DNA from: Oculatellaceae cyanobacterium bins.114
GTDB taxonomy: Bacteria > Cyanobacteriota > Cyanobacteriia > Elainellales > Elainellaceae
NCBI GenBank assembly: GCA_033764315.1
Contig: JANRJA010000018.1
Location: forward strand, 1 to 64,000
Reading direction: 5' to 3'
Length of the DNA stretch: 64,000 nt
Below are positions 10,107 to 20,371 of this stretch, piece after piece. Positions within the stretch are counted from its first letter, which is position 1. Each line of letters begins with the position of its first letter. A program made the position numbers and the translations under genes. The notes beneath the pieces were generated by a model. It saw only the letters and a program-made list of their open reading frames with translations. It made no database searches and was not told where the DNA came from.

Positions 10107-12167
10107 TCAGATCAACACGTGCTCTAAGCTAAACCGTAACGCTTCTAAGTTCACAACTAAATCTTCGGTCAAGGGATTGAGGTACATTAACTGGCGCAAT
10201 GGGGTACAAGCAAATCCTTCGCTCTGCAAAAAATAATGCCTTAATCTCAAAGATTGACTCATAGTCCAATAGTAAGGACGGATGTAGTTAGGGGAAACCA
10301 ACTCCAGCACCTGCGTTTGGGGTTGACAAAAGGCAATGTTGGTTAGCCCGCTGCCGTGGGGAGCGACGATCGCCTTGGCTGTGGCAAACAGCCTAATTTG
10401 CTCTACCAGAGATTGTGATTCAAGGTTGACCACCTTAAACCCATGCGATCGCAACTCCTCTATGACGGCTCCTTCGTTGAGCACCCGACGATAACGGGCA
10501 TTGGCGCGGCTAATGTAAATGCGTTGGGGAGGCGTGGGGGCAGAACCGTTGAGCAGAGACGACTGCAAAAATGTACGTCTCAAAAATTGCAGTGCCCAGG
10601 GTTGTGCCCAACCTAACGCTCCTGGAAAAGAGGGAACTAATAATTGATCAGCTTGGAGGTGAGGATGGCGATCGCTCTCTAAAATTTTCTCAGCGGGAAT
10701 GCCGAGTTGTGTCAGAGTTTCCCGTTGAAATGGGTGTTGTTGACTATTCACAAGGAACCAATCAATGTCGTTAAAGTTGATGCCTTGCGATCGCAACACT
10801 TCAACCCGTGGCAAAATATCCACCATCCAATGAAAGTAGACATGCCCCGATAAACCTGACAAAACGGCTACTGTGCCTCGAATCGGCTCAATGGGAGGTA
10901 AGGCAGCCAGTTGAAGCTGGGATAGGGAGACATCGGGTTGCGAGCAAGATGGCAGGTAAGCTGGATAGGCGCGAGACCCAGCGGGAATTAACTCTCTCTC
11001 GGTATTAAACACGGCGATCGCTCGACAGACCTTCCACGCGTTTTGTTGAGGCGTGATCCAAACCCGCCCTCTCAATACCCGTTTAACGTCGATAGGGTCG
11101 GCTTTTAAATGCAAGCTCTTGTTTGCGACATGCCCAACTACCTGATAGACGCCCTTACCGACTTGAATCGGATTGAACGCCTGAGTGATGGATTGCAAAC
11201 AGGGCTGACAGTTTAACCCAGCACAGTCTGACGGCTGTTCTGCCAATGGCTCAGTCAACAGGTTGCTCTGAGTGGGCAGAGACGGCTCAGGGGCATCTCG
11301 CAACTCCAAAGCCGCGCGATAACAGGCGATCGCTTTTTCAACTTGCTGTTGCTGCTCAAACAACTTTCCTAAGTGCAAGTAAATAGGGAAATGGTTGGGG
11401 CGCAACCGCTGTGCAGTGAGGTAATACATTTCTGCTTGCTGATATTGCTGAGTGCCGCCATAAGCCGTCAAAACATTCCCTAAGTGCAGGTAGGTTTGGG
11501 CTAACAACTCTACTGGTTGAGACTGATTGAGTTGAGATAACTCTGACCGTTGCAGGGCTTTGAGAAAACGAGCACAGGCAATCTTGGCTTGAGTTAACTC
11601 ATCATCATCGGTCAGGGTGTCTGCCCATTGACAAAACGAGTTTACAAAAATGGGTTGATGGGCGATCGCTTGACGCAACCAGTCCATTGCCTGATCAACT
11701 CGGTTTAATGCCAACAGGGATGTGGCTCCATCGCCCCAGGCTGCTATCTGAGTCGGGTCAAGTGCGATTGCCTGTTGAAAGCAATCCACCGCTTTGTCGT
11801 GTTGCCCCTGGTGTTGCCACACCTGACCCAGGTTGTAATAGGCAATCGTTAAGTCAGGTTGATGGTGAATTGCTGTCTGATAAGCGGCGATCGCCCCTGA
11901 GAGATCTCCAGTAGCGACGAGAACCCGCCCCAAATTGTTAGAGAGAGCTGCCCAGCCCGGAAACTGCGCGATCGCCTGTTGATAGACCTCGATCGCGGCT
12001 TCAAACTGGTGATGGTGCAACAACACAGAACCCAAATTGTTATAGGCGTGTTGATGCTGAGGATTGAGGGCGATCGCCTGTCGATAGCTCTCTGCTGCCT
12101 CTAATTTGCCCTGTCGCTGTAAAACGCAACCCAGGTTGTAATGTAGTTGAGCGAGTAAAGATGGCAA
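10107..12167 (-). CDS. TPR-repeat protein with C-terminal GT61/DUF563 glycosyltransferase domain
   Basis: Repeated AYNNLG/YNLG TPR units; YFHWMVDILPR, IYISR...RRVLNE, VAPHGSGLTN. Confidence 0.88.
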   Translation of the reverse strand: MPSLLAQLHYNLGCVLQRQGKLEAAESYRQAIALNPQHQHAYNNLGSVLLHHHQFEAAIEVYQQAIAQFPGWAALSNNLGRVLVATGDLSGAIAAYQTAIHHQPDLTIAYYNLGQVWQHQGQHDKAVDCFQQAIALDPTQIAAWGDGATSLLALNRVDQAMDWLRQAIAHQPIFVNSFCQWADTLTDDDELTQAKIACARFLKALQRSELSQLNQSQPVELLAQTYLHLGNVLTAYGGTQQYQQAEMYYLTAQRLRPNHFPIYLHLGKLFEQQQQVEKAIACYRAALELRDAPEPSLPTQSNLLTEPLAEQPSDCAGLNCQPCLQSITQAFNPIQVGKGVYQVVGHVANKSLHLKADPIDVKRVLRGRVWITPQQNAWKVCRAIAVFNTERELIPAGSRAYPAYLPSCSQPDVSLSQLQLAALPPIEPIRGTVAVLSGLSGHVYFHWMVDILPRVEVLRSQGINFNDIDWFLVNSQQHPFQRETLTQLGIPAEKILESDRHPHLQADQLLVPSFPGALGWAQPWALQFLRRTFLQSSLLNGSAPTPPQRIYISRANARYRRVLNEGAVIEELRSHGFKVVNLESQSLVEQIRLFATAKAIVAPHGSGLTNIAFCQPQTQVLELVSPNYIRPYYWTMSQSLRLRHYFLQSEGFACTPLRQLMYLNPLTEDLVVNLEALRFSLEHVLI

Positions 12168-12173
12168 TTGAAC

Positions 12174-12989
12174 TTAGAAAATTTCAAAATCAGCGGCTGT
12201 AACATTGAGACCTTGAGGCAACTGAACCAGGGCAATATTGGCACCCCGAATCGGGTTGTAATAGAGTAGCCCCGTGCTGCGCTCATAAATAATTTTCGCC
12301 GTATCAGCTGCCCCCAGTGTGTTCACGGCTTTAAAGTCTCTTGCTCTCAACCGACCTGCTCGCAATCCAGAGCGAGGTAATAGGCCTCGGTCGAGTTGAA
12401 TGGTGTCTTGGCGCGTGTTGTAGTCTGTAATTTCATCGCGCAAGCGAGGTCTACCTCCAGTTGACCTGCGTTCAAAGCGAAAGGTGTCTCGTCCACCGCT
12501 GCCTTCTAACTCATCTTTGCCAGCACCCCCGCTAATCACATCATTGCCAGCACCGCCAACGATGGTGTCACTGCCAGCACCGCCCAGCAGAGTATCATTC
12601 CCCGCACCGCCGTCCATCACATCATTGCCCAAATCGCCCTGTGCAGTGTCATTCCCGGCATCACCAGACACCGTATCTGCTCCGTCACCGCCTATCAAGA
12701 CATCGTCTCCGTCACCGCCTACCAAGACATCGTCTCCAATGCCACCCGAAAATGAGTCATTCCCAGCACCGCCAAAGGCAATATCGTTTCCAGCTTCGCC
12801 AGAGAATGTCAAGTTTGGGGTTCCACCCGATGAAACAGGGCTGATTGTATCGTTAGCCGAACTACCAAAGACAGTAATAGGGCCACCCTCTGTCAATCTT
12901 TCAAGCCGAATCGACTGTTCACTACTGAGAACTAACCCCAGTTGAGGGGTTGCGATTCCTGGCGCAACAATAACTTCTGACACTAGCAC
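12174..12989 (-). CDS. RTX/hemolysin-type Ca-binding repeat protein
   Basis: More than 10 GGxGxDxLx nonapeptides; GTG start with AGGAGGAG RBS. Confidence 0.9.
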   Translation of the reverse strand: MLVSEVIVAPGIATPQLGLVLSSEQSIRLERLTEGGPITVFGSSANDTISPVSSGGTPNLTFSGEAGNDIAFGGAGNDSFSGGIGDDVLVGGDGDDVLIGGDGADTVSGDAGNDTAQGDLGNDVMDGGAGNDTLLGGAGSDTIVGGAGNDVISGGAGKDELEGSGGRDTFRFERRSTGGRPRLRDEITDYNTRQDTIQLDRGLLPRSGLRAGRLRARDFKAVNTLGAADTAKIIYERSTGLLYYNPIRGANIALVQLPQGLNVTAADFEIF

Positions 12990-13331
12990 TCCTCCTACAG
13001 GTGTACAACAGCTCTTTTTCCTTTGGTGTAAGGATCACAGCACCGAGAGCAAATATCTTCAACCGCTCATGAGTCACTGAAATCAGTTGTATGAATGCCA
13101 AGTCGTGTGGCACAGTTGCCATTTAGACCTAGCCTTTTTTAAGGCGGGGGGCTATTTTCTCGACTCAGAGTAACGAGTATGGCGATCGCTCTACGTCTGC
13201 CAAAAGGAGTAGATCAGAAGGACGAGTGATAACGGGATAGGTGCCTGGGATCAAGCAATATTGAGCATCAGGGCATTAATCAGCACAACCCTGATGTGAG
13301 ATTACGGAGTAAATGCAAATTAGCCCCCTAC

Positions 13332-13394
13332 TTGTCAAAGCAGAGTGAGTAGACCATAATGAATGGTACAAATGAACCTAGTACATAAATACTA
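13332..13394 (+). promoter_or_regulatory. sigma70-type promoter followed by two LexA-box-like sites
   Basis: TTGTCA (13332-37), 17 bp, CATAAT (13355-60); GGTAC-N4-GAACC (13365-78) and AGTAC-N4-ATACT (13380-93). Confidence 0.6.
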
Positions 13395-13432
13395 TTTTTA
13401 TCCGTTCAGGATCTTGAGTTGAGGATTTTGTT

Positions 13433-13678
13433 ATGCACTTCCCAGTTCAATTTTCGGTTGAGACAATTGATGGCAACCGCTTAGGCAAATTAGCAGTGCC
13501 CTACTCTCAAATTGCAGATTGGCTCAATTTTTTAATCGCGCCTCAATATCAAACCGAAATAGTCTCCGCCGAACAGCAGAGAGAAGGAGTCGAGATTTAT
13601 TTTGAGGCAAGCGAAGGGCTGTATTTGTATCTAGACATGCGGGTCAACTGCGATCGCCCCGTTGCCCTGGCCCGCTAA
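13433..13678 (+). CDS. small conserved hypothetical protein
   Basis: 81-aa ORF, GAGGA RBS, clear promoter upstream. Confidence 0.75.
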   Translation: MHFPVQFSVETIDGNRLGKLAVPYSQIADWLNFLIAPQYQTEIVSAEQQREGVEIYFEASEGLYLYLDMRVNCDRPVALAR

Positions 13679-13709
13679 ATTAGCCTCTATCGTAATGTGG
13701 GCGATCGCC

Positions 13710-15293
13710 TTACCGTAAGGCCGCCAGTGTGCTAGGACCTGCTTTGCCATCGGCAGTTAACCCTTTGGCTCGCTGAAACTCAGCCACAGCTTGTTCTGTA
13801 AACTCCCCGTAATACCCTGTCATTGGCCCATTGAAATAACCAGCGTTGCGCAAGCGATTTTGTAAGTCTGCCACGGCTGCGCCACTGTCGCCTTTTTCAA
13901 GAATGGCTCCATTATTGGTGCCTGCACCGCCTGTGCGTCTCTGCAACGCCTCTAGAGTAGCGGCATCTGCTTTACCCGTAGCAGATAACCCATTCTCACT
14001 CTGAAACTTCGTGAGAGCTTGCTCAGTCAGTTGACCAAAAAATCCAGTGACTTGCCCATTCAAATAATTAGCTTGCTTCAGAGCCGTTTGCAGAGCAGCC
14101 ACTTCAGGGCCACCGTCTCCCCGCTCTAAGACATCACCCGATGCACTGGCAGTAGGAGGATTGGGGGCAGAGGAGGCAGTAGTTATAGGAGTCGGAGTTG
14201 GGTTTGTATTGGATTGAGCCGTGTTGGATTGAGCCGTATTCGATTGAATTGTGTTGGGCTGAGCCGTATTGGGCTGAACTGTTGGACGAGCACTGGCCTG
14301 CGTCGTGGGTCGTGGGCTAGGAGTAGCCGCATTGGGTTGAGTTCCAGTTGAGCGTTGATTGCCTTGTGATTGAGGATTTTGGGCTTGACGGTTGGCAGAA
14401 CCATTGGGTGATTGCAACAATGCCCCCAACGTTCTGGGACCCGCTTTGCCATCTACGGCTAACCCTTTGGTTTGTTGAAACTGAGTCACCGCTTCTTCGG
14501 TTAATGACCCATAAAAGCCCGTCATTGGCCCCTCAAAATATCCAGCGTTGCGCAGTCGATTTTGCAAATCGGCCACGGCTGTACCGCGATCGCCTCGCTC
14601 TAAAACACCATTACTCACCGAGGTCGCAGGTCCACCCTGAGAAGAGGTCGTGCGAGCCGCTGGCGTTGCCAATTGACGTAGTGCCGCTAGAGTCTGAGTG
14701 CCCACTTCACCATCGACAACTAACCCCTTTTGGCCTTGAAAACGGATAACCGACGCCTCAGTCAGGCTACCAAAATACCCTGTCACTGGGCCATTAAAGT
14801 ATCCAGCGGTGCGTAAGCGAGTTTGCAGATCGGTCACAGCCGTGCCTTGATCCCCTCGACGCAGCGTACCTCCTCCTGTTGTGGCACTTGCCGCTGGCGT
14901 GGCTGTCGTTCGGCTTTGCAAAACAGAGAGGGTTTCAGAACCAGCTACGCCATCCACCACCAACCCATTTTCAGACTGAAAGCGAGTGACAGCGGTTTCA
15001 GTGAGTTCACCATAAAAACCAGTCACCGGGCCGTCATAATATCCCGCACGCATCAAGTCAGTTTGCAAGGCTGTAACATTGGTGCCGCTATCCTCACGTT
15101 GCAAAGCCGACGCCATTCCTGCTGTGCCTAAAACAGCGAGACTACAGGCGATCGCCAACACACCAGTTGCCGTTTGAGTCGAAACCTGGTGCCAATTTAG
15201 CCCTTCAACAGTGGCAAATTCTTCTATCTCATCTGGAGCAGTTTCAGATTCTTCGTAAGCAGTAGCGGCATAGAGATAAGCAACGGTTTCCAT
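13710..15293 (-). CDS. protein with five peptidoglycan-binding (PG_binding_1) domains
   Basis: Five LxRGDxGxxVxxLQxxL...G.FG.LTE.AV..FQ...GL.VDG.AG..T units; one hydrophobic segment; ATG 15293 with GGAGGAG RBS. Confidence 0.9.
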   Translation of the reverse strand: METVAYLYAATAYEESETAPDEIEEFATVEGLNWHQVSTQTATGVLAIACSLAVLGTAGMASALQREDSGTNVTALQTDLMRAGYYDGPVTGFYGELTETAVTRFQSENGLVVDGVAGSETLSVLQSRTTATPAASATTGGGTLRRGDQGTAVTDLQTRLRTAGYFNGPVTGYFGSLTEASVIRFQGQKGLVVDGEVGTQTLAALRQLATPAARTTSSQGGPATSVSNGVLERGDRGTAVADLQNRLRNAGYFEGPMTGFYGSLTEEAVTQFQQTKGLAVDGKAGPRTLGALLQSPNGSANRQAQNPQSQGNQRSTGTQPNAATPSPRPTTQASARPTVQPNTAQPNTIQSNTAQSNTAQSNTNPTPTPITTASSAPNPPTASASGDVLERGDGGPEVAALQTALKQANYLNGQVTGFFGQLTEQALTKFQSENGLSATGKADAATLEALQRRTGGAGTNNGAILEKGDSGAAVADLQNRLRNAGYFNGPMTGYYGEFTEQAVAEFQRAKGLTADGKAGPSTLAALR

Positions 15294-16277
15294 CTTTCTC
15301 CTCCAACGAACAATCAAGACAATAATTTAAATTAGAAACCCACTCATGCAGGTTGATGTTTTGTTTAGTGATTTAAGGAAGTTGTATAGGGTGCGATCGC
15401 ACATTTACAGATAACTTACCAATATCTTACGAATCACTTACTAATAAGAAATAGCCTATCCCATTTTTAACGAAATGGAAGCTGACAACTCCATTAAACC
15501 TGATAAATCTATCTAAACACTGAGGGGTACTACACTGCAATGAATTCAATCCTTTTATAGAAGGAGCAACCCCCTCAAGCCAGTCAATCTTCTATCGCGA
15601 TCCTATTTGAATTATGAACAAGCAAGAAGTCTCAGAGCCGGGTTTGACCAAGCCATAATTTCACAGGTGATTCAAGATTGCGTACCGCAATTTCTAACCC
15701 GATCGTGGGAGAGAATGAACATGCGATCGCCACTATGCCACTCTGTCCGTTTTTGCACCTCAAGGTTTTCTGCAACCCGCGAGTCTTGCTCTTAGAGCGT
15801 TCAGATGAGGCTCAGGTGCTTTAGCCTTATTACTGGGGGTTCTCCCTTTTCTCAAAGGAGCAAGAGGGATCAAGCCGTAGCAATCGTTTCAAGGTGTAAG
15901 CTTGACTTCATCCATATGCTCTCAAGCTGAGCTGGCTCTGAAGAAGAAAGATAAAACCTTCAGGATGTCAAGTTTTAGAGTGAGTAGATATTGCCTAAGA
16001 GGGCAAGCAACGTATCTGAAAGCATTCTCTCTAAACCTTTGTCCGTCTTGACCCAACTATAACTTTTCTCTGTCATCATCCCGATGGATGAGCTTTTTGA
16101 AGTTGCCTATACTTTTTTTCATTTCTTTATACAGTTATGCTAGATTACCTGTGGTTTAAATCAAGTCAGTTTTGGGGTTAACCCATCATTGAACTGGTAT
16201 TTGAAATATCACGGGTCTGCCGACCTCAATTCAAGTCGTGAATTAACCATCTTGCTTTAGGGTCAATTCCATTCCCG

Positions 16278-17636
16278 TTGTTGAGGGAATTGTCTCAGGG
16301 TGCTGAATCAAAGTATCGCTCAGTTGTTTCAAATACCCACCAGATGATGAATTCCTGGTCAGCCACTCCTAATACCGCTAATTCTGCTGAACAGCACTTG
16401 TACGACTATCTCCTCAAGTGCGTTGAGACAGAAGCTCCTGATGAGGTCATTACAACATTTCGGAAGCTATTTATCGATGCGACAGGGTGCAGCGATCGCC
16501 CCATTTGGGAAGCTGTAGAAACGGTGGTTGGGTCTGCTGCCGCAGAACGAGAATTCAAATTTATTCTGAACCGCAGTTGCCACATTCTGATTAACCGCTG
16601 GCTGATGCAACCCAGGCTGCATGCCTATGTCCCTGAGTTGGTGGCTCTGTTTGAGACTGATCCCAGTGGTGTAGCCTATTCCAGGACAACAAAACGGCTC
16701 CGTGCCTTAGTGCAAGATTTTGTTGAGACTGAGCAATATCTGGCGTTAAAACGGTTAACGAAAATCACAGCTCAAGCTGAAACTACTGAATATCCTACAG
16801 AGGCCCCATTAGGAAGTTTAATTCAGCGGTATCCTTGCCTGTATGAGCACAGCTTGTTGACAGAGGACAGCACCAACGAACAGCGTCGCCGGGTTCGACG
16901 TTTGCGAATTCAAACCCAACATCAGTTTGAGATTGACCTGTCTCACTATGTCACCTATCGACAGCGATGCCACCTGCGGAGCCAATCAGAAGACCAGGCT
17001 GAGGCAGGCACTGACCCGCAACGTGAGTTAGTAGTGGTTAAAAACCCAACCCTGTTGAGCGATCGCCAGTTAAATGCGGCACTGATGCAATTCACCGGCA
17101 AGATCGATGGCACCAATACTCACCGAGATCTGGCAAAGCAGTTTTTGACCTATGGCAAACAAGCTCCGTCTTATCATCAATTTAAACAAGAACTCTATAG
17201 TTATCTAATCACCTCGGTCGATCCTCGCTATGGCAAATATCATTTCAATACCCAGTTATGTCAGCACTTGCTAGAGACGCTACCCCATTGCGATAACCAT
17301 CAAGTCAGCGATTTTCTCTTGGTTGAGACCTGTAAACGTCTGCTGAACTTTTTGGTGGTTGAAAGTGCTCAAGAACCCAATCATTCTCGCTTTGTTGACT
17401 TAGCGGGCAATATCGGAATTGCCCTCACGATTGGCTTGCTGCTCAAGATCGTGCTCCTTTGTCGGGCTGTCAAACCCTGGCTCGAAAAACGCTTTGCCAT
17501 TCTCTTTCAGCTACATGAGAGCAATTCCACTAGCAAGGTGTTGTGGCTTTTAGAGGCACTAGAACACCTCAACATTGCCCTGAGTACCAACTTTGGAAGC
17601 ATGAGACTCAATCTGCAAAATAGCGGGATTAGTTAG
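16278..17636 (+). CDS. conserved cyanobacterial hypothetical protein
   Basis: 452-aa ORF, helical composition; start may be ATG 16344. Confidence 0.8.
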   Translation: MLRELSQGAESKYRSVVSNTHQMMNSWSATPNTANSAEQHLYDYLLKCVETEAPDEVITTFRKLFIDATGCSDRPIWEAVETVVGSAAAEREFKFILNRSCHILINRWLMQPRLHAYVPELVALFETDPSGVAYSRTTKRLRALVQDFVETEQYLALKRLTKITAQAETTEYPTEAPLGSLIQRYPCLYEHSLLTEDSTNEQRRRVRRLRIQTQHQFEIDLSHYVTYRQRCHLRSQSEDQAEAGTDPQRELVVVKNPTLLSDRQLNAALMQFTGKIDGTNTHRDLAKQFLTYGKQAPSYHQFKQELYSYLITSVDPRYGKYHFNTQLCQHLLETLPHCDNHQVSDFLLVETCKRLLNFLVVESAQEPNHSRFVDLAGNIGIALTIGLLLKIVLLCRAVKPWLEKRFAILFQLHESNSTSKVLWLLEALEHLNIALSTNFGSMRLNLQNSGIS

Positions 17637-17740
17637 GGATCGGCAACACAGTGAGGGGCTAGTCAGGCATCGTTGATCCATCATGACCATTCTGATCAGA
17701 GAATGGGTTTAATACGGAGTTCCTCTGAACTCGATCTGCA

Positions 17741-19210
17741 ATGCATTCAAAGTCCTTAAAGTTTACATTTCCAATCAAGGCTGACGGGGTAGAAGGGGCG
17801 ATCGCACAGTTGTCGAGTCGCTTTTTGAAGCCGACTCGCACGTCCTGCAAAGTCGTGCAAGAGCCAACCGATTTTGCATTGCTGGAGTTGTGTAAACCAC
17901 TCATTGAGGATTGGAAAAGCGGGAAAGTTGCCTTTGCTAATGGTGAGATCACCCTGACCTTTACATCCGGCAAACTGGCTCGTGAAGCAGATTTGCTAGT
18001 CTATAGCCCAGAACAGGGCGATCGCTTTTTATATACAGGCAAGGGGTTTGCAGCGGCTCCGCAACAGTTGCCCATCTCTGGAGTGATAGAGCATGAGGCG
18101 ATCGCTCAGGTGGCTCAACCGCTCCAAACGTTAGTTGAAACCCTAAACCAACTAACGGCCCATCAACGAGCTGTCGAAAATCGGTTACAAACCTTGATAT
18201 TGCAAGCTCCAACGACAGCCAGCTCTCAAGCCTATCCAAGCGATCTTCAAGCTGTGATGCAACAGGCGTTAGCCGCTCAAGCCAGTGCGTTTAACCAACA
18301 ACTGCAAAGTGCTTTAGAGGCTCAAGCCGCTACGTTTGCCCAGATTCTCTCTAGCCAACTGACATCAACAGCACTGCACTTTAACAAACGGTTAGATGTC
18401 CTGCAAACTCAACTAGAACAACTAGCAGCCCAACTCAAAGAATTGGGAGAACTGAGTGAGCCGATCCAGGTTCCTCAAACCGATGCAGACTGGTTAACGT
18501 TAATCAAACGAGCTTGGGGCATGGTTGGTGACTATGAGCAATATAGCCTCAGCCACCGACTCGCCAATGCCGAAACACCCCTCTTTGCAGTTCCTGACTG
18601 GGTCGCATTGTGTGAATTTGACTGGGCACACAAGTTATCTCCCACACTGGCATTTCTCTATGATCTCATTCATGGCGATAACGGCATTGGCTATAGCGGA
18701 GCCGATATTTTGCAACAGTTTGGCCGTCATGTAGATGCTCAAACGGGGGAGCCTTATTACATCTATCATCAAGGGGGCTTCACGGCTTATGAAGCGTTGT
18801 GGCAAACTGCGAGTAATGGAGAGCATTCCTGGCTACCCGAATTGCAACGCCTGAGTGTCCGCATTGCTAACCGCCATCCCGATATTTTTGAATTGTTTGG
18901 TTGGGAGCCAGAGGCGATCGCCTCGCTTGAAAGTGTCATAAAACGAGCAACCTATCAACGCCAATCAGGGCGGCAAACGGCATCTGATTCTCAAAGCCAC
19001 GCTCAACAAAAAACTAATGCGATGAGCGACTATCTTGCCATCTTAAACATTGGGCCATTTACACCCATCACCCTGGAATTGATCAAACGAGCCTATAAAC
19101 AAGCTATAAAAACCGCTCATCCCGATACTGGGGGCAGCAAAGAACAGGCTCAACGGGTAAATGAAGCTTATGAGGCCGTGTTGAAACACTATTTCCCGCA
19201 AGCGACCTAG
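17741..19210 (+). CDS. coiled-coil protein with C-terminal DnaJ (J) domain
   Basis: IKRAYKQAIKTAHPDTGGS...VNEAYE (HPD motif) at the C terminus; Q/A-rich coiled coil. Confidence 0.85.
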   Translation: MHSKSLKFTFPIKADGVEGAIAQLSSRFLKPTRTSCKVVQEPTDFALLELCKPLIEDWKSGKVAFANGEITLTFTSGKLAREADLLVYSPEQGDRFLYTGKGFAAAPQQLPISGVIEHEAIAQVAQPLQTLVETLNQLTAHQRAVENRLQTLILQAPTTASSQAYPSDLQAVMQQALAAQASAFNQQLQSALEAQAATFAQILSSQLTSTALHFNKRLDVLQTQLEQLAAQLKELGELSEPIQVPQTDADWLTLIKRAWGMVGDYEQYSLSHRLANAETPLFAVPDWVALCEFDWAHKLSPTLAFLYDLIHGDNGIGYSGADILQQFGRHVDAQTGEPYYIYHQGGFTAYEALWQTASNGEHSWLPELQRLSVRIANRHPDIFELFGWEPEAIASLESVIKRATYQRQSGRQTASDSQSHAQQKTNAMSDYLAILNIGPFTPITLELIKRAYKQAIKTAHPDTGGSKEQAQRVNEAYEAVLKHYFPQAT

Positions 19211-19384
19211 TGGAGATCGGGGAGTAGAGAGGGGTAATTTGGGTGAAAGACGACCCTGCCCATGAATTCGGCACATCGCGGTAACGACCCTATTTTCAAG
19301 ATGAGAATTGCTGCATGGCGTCACTCGCGGTTGACCCCGATCAAGGCAATTGACTAATGACAACTGACCCTTGAGGATGGATGA

Positions 19385-19597
19385 GTGACTATTGATCTAA
19401 AGCGTATGCAGGGCGAATTCGGATTTGTGCTTAAAGTATTGCTGATCTCGTTGATAGGAGCGATCGCCATTAAATATATCGCCCCCTATCTAGCCATTTC
19501 AGCATCGACAGGAGGCGTGTTAGTCAGTGTATTTCTACCCAGCACTGTGATTGGGATCGTTTTAGGATGGCGATCGCTGCAAGAGAAATCCCATTAG
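19385..19597 (+). CDS. small two-TM hypothetical protein
   Basis: 70-aa hydrophobic ORF (FVLKVLLIS...AIKY). Confidence 0.65.
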   Translation: MTIDLKRMQGEFGFVLKVLLISLIGAIAIKYIAPYLAISASTGGVLVSVFLPSTVIGIVLGWRSLQEKSH

Positions 19598-19648
19598 AAG
19601 CGACTTTTCCATCTCCGTCAACCCATAGCAGTCGATTGAGCCACAGAC

Positions 19649-20371
19649 TTACAACATTTTCTCTAAAAACTGCTTAGCCCGCTCTGATGTAGGGTTGTTG
19701 AAAAACTCGTGCGGGGGTGAATCTTCAACCAACTTGCCTTGATCAAGAAACAAGATACGATTAGCGACTTCACGAGCAAACCCCATTTCGTGAGTCACAA
19801 TCGCCATTGTAATGCCCGTTGTTGCCAGGTCTTTCATCACCTCTAACACCTCTTTCACCATTTCAGGGTCAAGGGCTGAGGTCGGTTCATCAAACAACAT
19901 CACATCGGGTTCCATCGCCAACGCGCGGGCGATCGCCACCCGTTGCTTTTGCCCCCCTGATAACCGGGATGGAAAAACATGTGCCTTTTCAGCCAACCCC
20001 ACTCGGTTTAACAACTCAAACGCGGTTTCATTGGCCTCATCTTTAGAAAGTTTTTTAACCTTAATTGGGGCGTAGGTAATGTTTTCTAGAACGGTTTTGT
20101 GAGGAAACAAATGGAAGTGTTGAAACACCATGCCAATATTTTGACGGACGGCTGAAATATTGGTTTTGGGATGGGTAATGTCTTGATCGGCAATATAGAC
20201 CCTGCCCCGCGTCGGAACCTCTAGCAAGTTAATGCATCGCAACATTGTGGACTTGCCTGACCCAGATGGGCCAATAATAGCAACCACTTCTCCCTTTTTA
20301 ATCTCAGTTGAAATGTCTTTTAAGACATCCAGCTTACCGAAAGATTTACAAAGAAACTCAACTCTAATCAC
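19649..20371 (-). CDS. polar amino acid ABC transporter ATPase (GlnQ/ArtP family)
   Basis: [29 protein letters not shown] 20371 overlaps the permease stop. Confidence 0.95.
   Translation of the reverse strand: MIRVEFLCKSFGKLDVLKDISTEIKKGEVVAIIGPSGSGKSTMLRCINLLEVPTRGRVYIADQDITHPKTNISAVRQNIGMVFQHFHLFPHKTVLENITYAPIKVKKLSKDEANETAFELLNRVGLAEKAHVFPSRLSGGQKQRVAIARALAMEPDVMLFDEPTSALDPEMVKEVLEVMKDLATTGITMAIVTHEMGFAREVANRILFLDQGKLVEDSPPHEFFNNPTSERAKQFLEKML

Noticed and set aside
12484..12945. 153-aa Pro/Ser-rich plus-strand ORF
   Set aside because: Antisense shadow of the Gly/Asp RTX repeats; the same applies to the many short ORFs overlapping well-supported genes.
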